From Carcharhinus amblyrhynchos (taxonomy: Eukaryota), in the NCBI GenBank assembly GCA_965287045.1, contig OZ336877.1:52328001-52392000 (forward strand): DNA of 64,000 nucleotides, read 5' to 3'. The translations under genes and the position numbers were made by a program. Shown here piece after piece: positions 48,006 to 60,296 of the stretch. Positions within the stretch are counted from its first letter, which is position 1, and each line of letters opens with the position of its first letter. The notes beneath the pieces are model-generated. The model saw nothing but the letters and a program-made list of their open reading frames with translations. It did not search any database and had not been told where the DNA came from.

Positions 48006-49289
48006 CTGACATGGAAGATAGACAAGGAAGTTAAAAACCACATTATGTGCAACTGGTAAATAATTTTAAGCCTATGCACTGACAATTGAAAATATTTATG
48101 TCCACACTTACTTCAAGTAGGTTCTAGGTTTCAAACAGTTATATTCTGTGAGCCTCATCCTCTCACCCCAACCCCCTAATTTGTAACTAATCCACAAGCC
48201 AAATTGCAGAGGCTCTGTAATTTTTGAGTAGCCTTTCACTGGAACCAGGTTAATATTTATGATGTTAGCTTGTGTACTGCACAATAGGTTTAGTTAAAAA
48301 CAATTATTTAAAATGGTGTAATTAATGGATCTTTCTTAATCTATCGATAAATTTCTTGTGTCAGCATAAGTTAGTATGCTTGTTTGGCAAGCTTTGCCTC
48401 CCACAAATAACACTTCAGTTCTAAAACGGTGCCAAACTATATAGAGTGTGTGACGTGATATTGTAAATCACCACAACCAGATGCTGGCTTTTAAATCCCA
48501 GTTAAGATCAGGTCCAAAACAAATTGCAAAGTTGAAATTATTCCAGTTGGGCAATTTATGGTTCATTTAAAAGCATTTCAGTTTTGTTCAATTTAAAATT
48601 ATTTCAAATTTGGCCTTCTAGGTCTTGATGGTCTGCACTGTTCTTTGAGGACATGGACATTCTTTATCTTTGCTGAGTCTTCTGCCTAGACCACATATTA
48701 CCCACAAGAGGAAGAATGAGAATGAGATGGATGGTCCATCACGACACCATTGACTTGGTCAAGTACGCAGGTTTGTACGTTTCAGGGAGAATCATCCATC
48801 AAGGAAAATGACTGGTCTACAATCGGCACTTTACCGAAACACCAGGGTCAGAATTTTATCAGAAGAATTTTATCAGAAGAATTATGTTGAGTGAGCACGC
48901 TAACTTCATCATGCACACGATGATATTATGGTTGATGACCATCCACAGAAGTTAGAAGTGTGACTGCTGACACTTCATGGGCCAATTAAGGCCATTAATT
49001 AAACAATTGAAAGGAATCTTATGTTGTCCGTGCGATTTTGTGGTCATTGCACAAGCAACATGTGCAGGTGGCCAACTTATTTCCTTGAGTTCTCATCCAA
49101 GTACAGGATAAAAGGCCCTGGAGTAAAGTCTCTTTCTCTTTAGGTTAGAATTTTGTACCATGAAATTTAGATGATTTGAGAGATTTCATCATTTCTGTTA
49201 TATTTCCCATGCATGGATAGTTTTCTTTGGAATCATTTTCTTGCTATCTTTGAAGGTTTCAACAGAGTTCGCCCTTAGGCGCATGACAC

Positions 49290-50500
49290 ACTGCGTAGTT
49301 CATTTTTGATCATGGGGATTATATACGCAGCTTCTGGGACCTCCTCTGAGGAGGAGGAGGAAGAGCAGGATAGAAAGGACAGGAGACCAGGTAACTGCAG
49401 GCAACATCCCAGGGAGTGATCCTTGGCAGGAGAGCTGCAGGCACATGGGTTACGAGGTCAACAGGGAGTACAAACAAGAAAGGTCCACAGAAGATGCCCC
49501 TGTCCTGCAGCAAGAGTGTACAGGCAGTGCTCCAACTACCTCAACATGTCCAAAGTCCAGTGCCAAAGGAGATTTCATGTCTCTAGGGACACTGTCCTCA
49601 CCTTATGCAGCCAGAGATTGCATTCAACTGCATGGGTTGTGATGTAATGCATGTGACTCTGAAGGCCACAGCAGCCCTCAATTTCCAAGTCATCAGTTCT
49701 TTCCAAGGGTCAGCAGGGGATCTGTATGGTGTGTCCCAATCTGCTGCCCATAGTTGCATCAAGCTCATTACTGACGTTCTGTTTCGACAGTAGATGACAG
49801 TCATTCATTGCTGGACAAAGTCAGCCAGGCTGAGACAGCCAGAGATATAGATTGGTTGCTGGCTTCCCCATATCCAGGGTGCCATTAACTGTACCCACGT
49901 GGTCATCAAAGCAGCAATGGGTAAGCCAGGTGCCTGTGTGAACAGCAGGAGGTTCTATTCAGTGCATGTTGAGGTGTATACAATCTGAAAACAGATTCAG
50001 GAAATCAGTGCGTGGTATCCTGGCAGTTCACATGATGTCCACATCCTGCGACACTCACCAATGCCAAGGCTGTCCATGGCTCCTGCTCATTTGGATGGAT
50101 GGCTCCAGGTTGATGGGGGCTATCCCCTGAAAACATGACTCCTGAAGCCACTCTGGCACCCAGAAACAGAGATGGAGGAGAGGTACAACACTTGCAGAAG
50201 GACAGTGGTAGAACGGAGCATTGGGCTGCAGAAGATGAGATTCAAATGCCTGAACAGTTTGCAGGGAGTACTGCAATATCCTCCAGAACATATGTCACTT
50301 ACCATCATTGCCTGCTGCACAATCTGGCTCCGGCAAGGGGGAGACGGACTGGAGGCGGAGGATTGTGAGGCACCTCCAGATGCCATGGCAGTTGAATTTA
50401 TTGACGGATCTGATGAGGAGCCAAGGAGACTCAGGGTGAGGAACCTTCAGGGAAGCAGGAACACCAGAAAGGCCTTGGTAATGTGCACATTCAACTATGC
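49290..50500 (+). pseudogene. Decayed PIF/Harbinger (HARBI1-like) transposase
   Basis: RVYRQCSNYLNMSKVQCQRRFHVSRDTV; TAALNF...FQGSAGDLYGVSQSAAHSCI; IQGAINCTHVVIKA; YPGSSHDVHILRHS; VVERSIGLQKMRFKCL...LQYPPE. Stops and frameshifts present. Confidence 0.9.
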
Positions 50501-50614
50501 TGCCACAGCATCGATCCCAGCTCTTGACAAGGCCGTTTCCTCGCTACAAGGCATTTTTGATACACAAACCACAACCCCACTTTAATATTACAGAATATTT
50601 AATATTACAGAACC

Positions 50615-50920
50615 AACTACTTTAATATTACAGACCACTTCCTGAGGTAACATCAGCTCATGGATGTTGTGCCATAGAAATGTTCTTCCTTATTTAAAGG
50701 CTTGGTTGCTACATTCTGTGGATGCACGTGCACTTTCCAGTAAGCATCTCCAGTTGGCACTCAGGAGCCAGAATGATAGTTAACTATTCCCCTCCCTTGC
50801 TCAATTACCCTGGGGCTTAATGGAACTTTCCAACTGAGAACACTCCCATTGACATTCGTTAACTCAGTCGTAGAATCATACAGTGCAGAACAGGCTCTTC
50901 GGTCCACACCAACACATTAG
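50615..50920 (+). repeat. 306-bp direct repeat, copy 1 (derived)
   Basis: Matches 52059-52364 with 5 substitutions by manual comparison. Confidence 0.95.
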
Positions 50921-50936
50921 TTCAAAGCCCCTGCTA

Positions 50937-50940
50937 CCCC

Positions 50941-51003
<63 letters not shown>
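50937..51003. repeat. Poly(C) run followed by (CA)n microsatellite
   Basis: About 21 C, then about 23 CA units. Confidence 0.97.
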
Positions 51004-51005
<2 letters not shown>

Positions 51006-52058
51006 ACTATCACCCATACTCAGGCCATTACCACAAAATTCATACATGATGTTTTCTGATACTAATGATAACACAATCGACAGACTTTTGAAATGGGAAT
51101 GGAAACAATGTCATCATGAGATGCCCCTGTTGTGCTCAGACTGCCCACTGGCCTTGCCCTCCCACCTTTTGTGCCCGCCATGTGCGGGGGACCGTTAGTA
51201 CTGAAGATGTTTCCTCATTGATCCTGTGACAAACACTGCCCCACAATCCCTGGCAGCCTTCTGGGTGCTGCCTGTGGAGTTGTTAAAGGCCCCGCCAAGT
51301 CTCCATTTGGTCCGATGCCCGATTAATTCCCACCCTTATCTGCTACCTCCGGCCTACCTCAGGACGCTTCACATGCTGGGCGCCCCTGAACTGACCACCC
51401 AGTGTGAGGTTGCACTGATGATGCGATCTCACCCAGGACTGGATTCTACATCTGCTTCTGGACCTGCTGATTTTGCACCTATGACTGAGATAGTAAAGGC
51501 ATTGGTGCAAAGAAGTTTATTGCTCTTGTAAAGAGACTGCTGCATTCACAATAACAGGAAGACAATCAACTCCTACATGTGATAACCACAAATGCTCCAA
51601 TCCCAATTGTTGGTGCCTTGTGTCTACTGGAGAGTTATCAAATTTCTGACAGACATTTTACTTCTATAATTGAATATCCTCTAGTCCATTTACTTTTGCC
51701 AGGTTTCTAATGGCAGGATAGCCTTTCATTGTTCCTGCTGAGAGGTAGGAGATGATCTGTCCAGAGATTAGGTAATGGAGGAGAAGGCAGGTCAGAATCA
51801 AAATCCAGTTGCAGTAATGCATATTGATTTCACAGTGTTAAAGAAATGGAGCTGAGAGGTAAATCAGTCTTCCTGTGTCGTTTGAGATTTTACACTGATC
51901 AGTGGAATGGGCTTTATAAACGCTCAAGTGAAAATGGAATCCTTAAAATTCATGAATTTGCAACACTAGCTACAACTTATCACTTTAAATGCACTGATGG
52001 TCAAAGTAATTTCTATGCATCATTGGAGTTAAGTTAATGAGACTATATTCCAGCCTTT

Positions 52059-52364
52059 AACTACTTTAATATTACAGACCACTCCCTGAGGTAACATCAG
52101 CTCATGGATGTTGTGCCATAGAAATGTTCTTCCTTATTTAAAGGCTTGGTTGCTACATTCTGTGGAGGCACGTGCACTTTCCAGTAAGCATCTCCAGTTG
52201 GCACTCAGGAGCCAGAATGATAGTTAACTATTCCCCTCCCTTGCTCAATTACCCTGGGGCTTAATGTAACATTCCAACTGAGAACACTCCCATTGACATT
52301 CATTAACTCAGTCGTAGAATCATACAGTGCAGAACAGGCTCTTCGGTCCACACCAACACATTAG
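52059..52364 (+). repeat. 306-bp direct repeat, copy 2 (source)
   Basis: Continues without a break into the CR1 element at 52315-53150. Confidence 0.95.
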
Positions 52365-53150
52365 AAACACTTGAACTCCCACCTAATCCCATCTGCCAGC
52401 ACTTGGCCCATAACCCTGAATGTTATGACACGCCAAGTGTTAAAAGGGTGAGAGACAACCCCCAGGCTTCCAGACCATCACCACCCTCTGGGTAAAAAAG
52501 GTTTTCTTCGCATCCCCCCCAAGCCTCCTACCCCTCACCTTGAACCTATGTCCCCTGTGACTGACCCTTCAAGTAAGGGGAACAGCTGCTCCTTATCCAC
52601 TCTGCCCAAGTCCCTCATAATCTCGTACACCTCAATCAGGTCGCCCCTCAGTCTTTTCTGCTCCAACGAAAACAATCCAGGCTTAGGCAACTTTATAACT
52701 TAAATGTTCCATCCCAGGCAGCATCCTGGTGAATCTCGTCTGCACCCCCTCCAGCGCAATCACATCCTTGCAATAATGTGGCAACCAGAACTGCTCACAG
52801 TATTCTAACTGTGGCCTCACCAAAGATCTATACAGCTCCAACATAACTTCCCTGCTTTTCTAATCTATGCCTCAATTGATAAAGGCAAGTGTCTCATATG
52901 TCTTTTTCACCATCGTACTAACATGCCCTTCCGCCTTCAGAGATCCGTGGACAAAGATGCCAAGGTCCCTTTGTTCCACAGAACTTCCTAGTGTCCTACC
53001 ATTCATTGAGTCTTTCCTCGTCAAATTACTCCTTCCAAAATGTATCACCTCATAATTTTCAGTGTTAAATTCCATCTGCCACTTATCAACATTTGATCAT
53101 TCCATCTATATCTTCTTGTAGCCCAAGGCACTCTGCCTCACTGTTAACCA
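52315..53150 (-). mobile_element. CR1-like LINE 3' end
   Basis: MEFNTENYEVIHFGRSN...EQRDLGIFVHGSLK; tail tagaatcatacagtgcagaacaggc. Confidence 0.9.
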
Positions 53151-55187
53151 CCCATCACTGGCTTTCTGGCCACAATGGATCCATGGCACTACAGAGCACA
53201 TTTCCACAAAGGCTCACTGAAAAGCTTTAGAAAAAGCAGATTTATCAGACCGAACACAAAACAAAACAATTACAGATTTTATTTAAAGAAAAGTGAAGGC
53301 ATGTGCTGGTGGAGCATCAAATTACATTTCTCACAAACACCTCCAACCACATGAACAGTGTATAGTTGTAGAATGCCTTCAACACAAAGAAACATTCTGA
53401 GTGGTAGTTGTGAGGAACATGGACATAGAGCCAGAGCAAATATAAAGTTAAAAATTATTGACAGAGCTGCTCAGAAGTATAGCTTTTCAAGTGGAGGAGA
53501 GGCTTTATTAGTGGGTGACTGAAGGACGAAAACTTCTGCTAGTGTAGAGTGGAAGTACAGAGAAGAGCAAAGCCAAAGGGATATAGCACCCTGGAAAAGA
53601 CGCTGACACAGAAATAGGGAAGAGTTAGGAGGCTATGAAGGGGATTTATAGACAAGAACAAAAATTTATAATTTGCTGTATTATCAGTCAGCAATTGCAG
53701 AAGTGATGGACAGGGTAATTTAGCAGCTTATGATTGTTCTTCCTGATGTAAATAAGTGCATAAATTACTGGATTTATTGAGTTGAATTATTCAATTTTGT
53801 AACCTGCTGTGATTTAAGCATTAGATTGCTAGTCTGCCATTACCATTGCAGTAGAATATCTTTTATCTATCTGATACATCCCACAAATTGAACTGAAGAT
53901 TCCCTAGGGTGCACTGCATGTCAGGTCATTTACCCACCCCAGGGAGATGGCCAGCCAACTGAAAAACTTGAGCCTGCTATTGGGACCATTTAGTGGGGCT
54001 GTGGGCATTTTTCAGGCAGCAAGGCAGACCCTGCCTCACAGGGAGATGCCAGCTGAAGTGGATGGCTTCCCTGCAACTGTTCTGGAGACCATTACAGTGG
54101 GAGCCTCCATGTATCAGTGAGGAGACTCCTGGCATGAAAGGCCAGCCCTGAAATCCCAATGGGCTATCTGGGGGGTGGGGGATGGGGTTAGGCTAGGGCA
54201 CTGCCAGCTTTGCCCTCTGGATTTTATTTTTGCAACTGCCTGTCTGAGCCTCTTGATCTTTCGAATTGCCATAGCGATGTCAACCTTCCCCAGTGGGACT
54301 GCTAAGGCTTCAGAGCTGCCAGTCCAATGATTGTGCTGGCTGCGTCTATGTCCTGACCATCTTCCCTAATTGGATGATGGGCTCGGATGAGACCAGCTTA
54401 GAAGCCACCTCTGGTAAAGTAACTGAACTGGTCCTGAGACTGGAAAGAGGGACTTGGGACCCCCATTTGATTCCAAAGCCAGTGGGAAAATTCAGCCCAG
54501 TTATCATATAACAAATTGATGAAAATATAGTAATGATGCATCATGGAAATTCTTTGATGTGAAAGACCTGCATTAATGGAATGTTATTACGCTGCAGCTT
54601 CCTATCTTATACAGTGACTACCTTTCAAAAATATTTCATTGACAATAAAATGCCTTGGGATGTCCCGGAGTGGTAAAATCTACAGTATAAATGCAAGGCC
54701 TTCTTTTTATAAGCATACAAATGTCACTATCATTTTTCTCATCATAAAATTAGATTCCTCACAGCAGAACAGTGTATCGAAAGTTTGAACTTTCAAATCT
54801 CACAGTTTATGTCACATTTACCTAACAGTTTTAGCTCTGCTAAATCCTTCATTCTCATACCAGAGTCTCTCAAAGGAGTTTGGTAAGGTGGTTGGTTTAA
54901 CCTGGATTTCATCAACTTTACTTTTCCTAACTTTCCTCTGGGAATTTTAAGGAGAGATGGAATACAGTTTGTAACTAAAATTACAGTTGAATCATTGAAA
55001 TGCAGCTGAGAGTATTTCCTACCCTAAGTGTATTTGTCGTATCATAGGCACATCAATTATCTATCTGGGTATCAGGTTTACACGTTTACTTGCTGCTTTG
55101 ATCAGTGTGAGTCTACTCAAACTTGAATTAAAATCAACTCAGAAGCTGTCCAAATATCTTCCAATGTGGGCAGGATATTACAGCTCA

Positions 55188-55510
55188 GGGCAGAGTGGCA
55201 GCACAGTGATTAGCACTGCCGCCTCATGGTGCTATGGACTCAGATTCAATTCTGGCCTCAGGTGACTGTCTGTTTGGAGGTTGCACATTCTCCCCATGTC
55301 TGTGTGGTTTTCCCTCTGGATGCTCAGGTTTCCTCCCACATTCCAAAGATGTGTGTTAGTTGGATTGGCCATACTCAATTACTGTCAGGGGGACTGGCAA
55401 GGTAAATACGTCAGGTTACAGGGAGAGAGCCTGGGTGTGATTGTTGAGAGTGCAGGCTCGATGAGCCAAATGGCCTCATTCTGCACTGTAAGGATTCTAT
55501 GATTCCATGA
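55188..55510 (+). mobile_element. HE1/V-SINE
   Basis: gcacagtgattagcactgccgcctca...ctgcactgtaaggattctatgattccatga. Confidence 0.88.
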
Positions 55511-55860
55511 TTTCCAAATCATAACTTCCTCTGATGCACTATTATCTAGGAAGAACAAGAATTCCTGTTTCCTTTCGTAAACAAAGTTGGGACATTTCAA
55601 GATTCTCCCCCATCTCACTTTTATTAAAGAAATGCTTGACCCAATAGATCAGGGGTATTCTAAAACATACTGTGAAGGTGGCGGGAGCAGAGATGAATAA
55701 TGATTTCAAACGGAAATTTCAAAAGATAGGTATTTGAGGAAATAAACTTGCAGGGCTATGGGGGTTGAAGCAGGGAATGAAACTGACTGAATTGTCCTGC
55801 AAAGAGCTGATGTGGACTCAATGGGCCAAATGGCCTCCTCCTGCATTGTAATGACCAAAT

Positions 55861-55979
55861 GGGCAGAATTTTCCCATCCTGCCCATCGCGGGAATCATAG
55901 ACACGGACCATGCGAAGGTCCATTGACCTCAGACAGGATTTTCCGACCTTGTGGTGAATGCAGCTGCAAAATCCCACTC
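55861..55979. mobile_element. ~127-bp MITE family copy
   Basis: GGGCAGAATTTT...ggaccatgcgaaggtccattgacctc...AAAATCCCACTC. Confidence 0.7.
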
Positions 55980-56024
55980 TATTACTCGAATTCCACCATA
56001 TGCACGTAGGAGTTCAAATACATA

Positions 56025-56223
56025 CATGGGTTTCTTCCAGCTGCTCTGGTTTCCTCCCGCAGTCCAAAGATGTGCAGGTTAGGCAGACTGACCATACTAA
56101 ATTCTTTCTTTAGTGTCTGAAGATGTGTAAAGTTACAGGAGTTAGTGGGGTATGCTATGTTGGAGAGTCGGTGCAGACTTGATGAGACAAATAGTTTCCT
56201 TCTGCGCTGTAGGGATTCGATGA
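56025..56223 (+). mobile_element. HE1/V-SINE, 5'-truncated
   Basis: tgggtttcttccag...cagtccaaagatgtgcaggttagg...tgtagggattcgatga. Confidence 0.82.
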
Positions 56224-56313
56224 TACACGTATATACACACTCAATGCAGCAATAAGTTATCAGTCCCGCCAGCCCAAAACTAAATGACCATTTTGTCAAT
56301 GTTCATATTTCAC

Positions 56314-56469
56314 CTGATCGTCCAATGTCAGCTCACAGAAAGCTGGAATGTATTTTGCCCATTCCACCAAAACCAGCAACTGTTCCTTCATTGATTCGCA
56401 GACGTCGCTAATACTAGCAATTTTCTTTGTGGCAATGTCTGCGCTGGTTGCAGGAACCGAGAAGGTGAT
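56314..56469 (-). CDS. HNF4G: HNF4-gamma coding exon (start of LBD; exon 5 equivalent)
   Basis: cagcag|ATC...GAT CAG|gtga; 156 bp, phase 0/0; [52 protein letters not shown]. Confidence 0.94.
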
Positions 56470-57776
56470 CTGCTGAGAAACAAAAAGCAGGACCAAATTA
56501 AATTACAACTCGGGAGATGTTAATTGTTCTCACAAGCAGTCGCTGTTCCCAGAACACGATCCAAAGAAGCATTCATGCAGATAATTAAAAAACCAAATGA
56601 GATTATTTTTGCTTCACTTGTGACTAACGTGAATGGAAATGTGCAGCCTGTTGTTTGTCCGCCATCAATGAGGTTTTAAAAGAACCTGCAAACAGGTTCC
56701 TAAATTCTGAAAAGATTCATGTTTTTAGTAGCACGATACCATTGAAGAATAAAGCGCGGAGCCAGAAAAATCAGTCAACCAAAAGGAAAAGTGTTTTGTT
56801 TGTAAAGAATGTCATAAAACCATACCAGGCAAAGTCTTTGAAAGTTAATTAACTTTTTGTGGAAAAAAAAAGCTTTGGAACATTTAACGCTGAGCGTTGG
56901 TCCCCCATTTCTGAAGTGCAGTCCATTAAAAAAAGATTCATTGTTTTGCTTGTCGTAAATGCATTTTTATTGTTATACGTTGTTAAAAAACAATCCTCAT
57001 GTCGCATATGAATCGAATGCGCCTATTATTTTCTTGTCATGATAAAAAGCCCAACGCCTGATTTCATTCAAAATTATGCAGAGAAAATTAATTGCCCCAG
57101 CTTCAAGAAGTAAAACAAAAATGATATTCGGATCTTGGGGATGGTGCATCGCGGCTGAAGCATTTCATTCTAAATCAGCAATGATCAACTTATACAGTAG
57201 CCACTCAGCTTGTTGCACAACTGTACAAAAGTTACATATAATGCTGCCAACTTCAAGGCAGCATATCACAATGATTTAACTCACTGTGGCATTCTGTCCT
57301 CAGAGTGCAATACCATACGTAGGTCAAACTGTAATCTGATATTTTTCACTTTGGGAATGAGATGTGTGCACATTAAGACATGTGTAACGCGGCTAACTGC
57401 GCTTTTCTTCGAGTGACAAAAGAGCTTCATGCAGAGTTCTTTCTAGTGCATTCACTCCACTGCCTCGTCGCTGGTGACAACCCGGCTGTCAGGACTGAGG
57501 GGACCGAGGTGGTGGGACTGTATGTACAAGTCACGTGCCCCAACACCAGCAGAAGAGATTTTCTGTGGGCACCTCTAACGATATTATGAACAGAATCGAC
57601 CTGGTTGTCAGAGATGCAGGTGGCGTATATAGGCCAGAAAAAAAGGACTAATGTGCTTTCCAGCAATTGCATTCCTTCTCCAGCTTTACGGGGAGCTATA
57701 GTGACTAGGTATCAAGTCATAATCACAAAACAAAATAACTATGTTTGTCCCTGTGTTGTGGAACCTGCCACGTAAT

Positions 57777-58492
57777 GGCCCAGATGTTGCTGTGGTGATG
57801 ATGGTAAAGCTGTCAGTGTTCACTACTGAAGTGAAACTGGATAACTTTGGAGTCTGCACACACGCATTGAGAAGTGGAGTATGGCAAGTAGATGTCAGAG
57901 AGTTTGGGCTCCTGTAGGAGCTCTTCTATAAAAGTCCCCGCAGATTGCAATCAAAGGGAAATCTATAAATTAACGAAAGCCTCCACTCCAATGCTCCCTG
58001 TAAAAACCCTTGAAAGCATTGCACCTTGTTGAATGAGATACAGTTGAGTTTAAAATATTCTGCTACCTTCGTAATTACTGCTAAATACTCATCCTGAAAT
58101 TTTACATTTGTAGGATGTCACATTTCTCCATAATTATAAAAAAGTGCATACATTTTAATTGTTTTCAAGTTTATCTTTATGTTAACTTCTATATTAATCC
58201 AATCAGAATTATTCATTTTATCTGAATATTAGATTAAAAGTGAAGATTAATAACTGCTGTCAACTTCCTGGTTTACCATACGTGAATACTTCAATGTGAG
58301 CGGCTGCCAATGCGTTTGCTGACATCACTGCTGCTGCTTCACAAGACAGCTCCTTGACTTGCTGCCAAGTTTAAGCTGCCCATCCAGAAAGGGGAAAGCC
58401 AATACCACAGGGATTGCTGGATCTTCCTGGGCAAGCCTCCTTGAGGGCAGGAGCAAGTTCCCTGCTGTCATCACTGACCCCAAATTCTAGCC
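57777..58492. mobile_element. Non-autonomous DNA transposon (Harbinger-like termini)
   Basis: Begins ggcccagatgttg and ends caaattctagcc (imperfect inverted ends). Confidence 0.45.
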
Positions 58493-60189
58493 TTTGATAA
58501 CTGCCACTGTTTCTAACTACCAAAAGCATGAGGCTGCAACACCAGCCAATTAAACAATATAAGCACACTTGCAAAAATTGGGGCTGTATTTTTGCAACTG
58601 AGGTGGATATTCAAGTCAATAAGTTTTCCAACTTGGCAAACATCAATGTGAATGTCAATGTGGGCTGGTTAGAAGGCCCACTTGGGTTCTCTGCAACTTT
58701 ATCCCAGTTGATTTAGAAGATGTTGGACCCTCTAGTCCTCACTTCTCACCTCCCTATCCTCCTCCATGTCAACTAATGCCCCCTCACTTTCCACATTTCT
58801 CCTTATAGCCTTCATGGCCCCTCCATGCCAATTCATGTCCCCCACTACCCATATCCTCTCATACTCCATGATACCTCTATAGCCTGTCACCCAATTTCTA
58901 CCATGGGCAGACCTCAAGAGTCATGCGGAGATAAAGACAGACTTCTAACAACCTCGTACATTCTTATTCATCCATACTTGAAATGAATGAAAAGAATGAA
59001 ACCCATTCAAAGTTTTTATTCAATTTTTAAGTGTCCAATCCTGCCCAAAACAAACTTCTATTTAAATCTCAGATCAAAAACAATGAATTATTTAATGGCC
59101 TCATTAAACAACAGAACTGTGAGCTCAGAATTCCTCTGTTGAAATAATTGTAGGCTTTGAAACTCAGCCATGCATTCATAATGATAATCATTGGGAAATT
59201 TCAACAGATAACTTTATTGAAGGTATGCAAAACAATTTTTTTCTAACCTACATCAGATGGCTTATCAATCAAAGCAGCCCAATAGACTTCTTTTACCACT
59301 CCCTGATAGCTTCAGCCTGTTTTTATTCAAGTTTAAAGAGGTGGGGATTTAAAAACTTCAGATGCTGACGCTTAGACAAACCTTATCCACCCTTCAAATG
59401 CATTTATGCCTACTCCTTCAATTCATAACTGTCATCAAGTTCAAATGAATTTGCTGAGTTCAGGTTCTCCTCCTATGTGAATGACACCATACCTATTTTC
59501 CCTGCCAGCCAAAGTTGAATCTGTTGGTAATGAGGCATCCAACTGCATTTGAGTCTCGTTCATCAATTTAAAGGTTCAATTCTTGTTCTTTTCTAATACA
59601 GTTACACATTACCAAGCAATTTAATTCTTTAAGAATTACTTTTCTTCATAGGATGCTGGATTACTCAAAGGTAATGAGATCATATTTCAAAGTATTTGAA
59701 AAATTCTCCTTCAAGTAACCTATACCAGATGATTAATAAAATGGCAAAACATTCCATTGGCGTTCTCCTGATCAGTCAATATACAGGCCGGAATTAACCA
59801 GCTGTTCATCCCAGCGGGATCTTCTGATCCTGCTGCCAGTGCTGTTTCCTGGCGGTGAGGGGTACATTTAACGGGAAACCCCACAGACAACGGCAAGGGC
59901 AGAAGAGCCCGCCAGCAGCCAATTATAGGCTGCCTCTGCTGCCGCGAAAGACGTGGCTGATTGCACAGAAAACGTTGCCCAGTGTTGATGAAAAATTGAT
60001 GGAAATTCTGTCTAATGTGCAACCTGGACCTCTGCTTGGAGAAGTTATGGTAGCTAATCCAAAGAACCCGCAAAGCAATTCCTGGAATTTGTCCTGCTTG
60101 AAGGATGGAGTGTGACAGTAAAAGACAAAGGAAGATTAGGAATGACAAGAAAGTGAGATTTAAGTTCTTGTGCTGCATATTGGTTCTAC

Positions 60190-60296
60190 CTGATGGGAAA
60201 GAGCTTCAGCCTGAGCCAGTGTGTTGATGGAGGGCGAGCTGCTGTTCTCGTAGTTGTTTCTTCGGTTACTTATTCGATCTCGCTCATTTTGTACAG
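60190..60296 (-). CDS. HNF4G: HNF4-gamma coding exon (hinge/T-box; equivalent to exon 4 in HNF4A numbering)
   Basis: tcag|CT GTA CAA...CAT CAG|gtag; 107 bp; encodes (A)[45 protein letters not shown] is typical of HNF4G. Confidence 0.93.

Noticed and set aside
49290-50585. Host HARBI1 gene
   Set aside because: Multiple stops and frameshifts, altered catalytic motifs and related decayed copies nearby indicate a transposon relic.
50615-52364. Direct repeats read as the two LTRs of a retrotransposon
   Set aside because: No TG...CA ends, TSD, PBS or PPT, and the repeat includes a piece of the adjacent CR1 tail.
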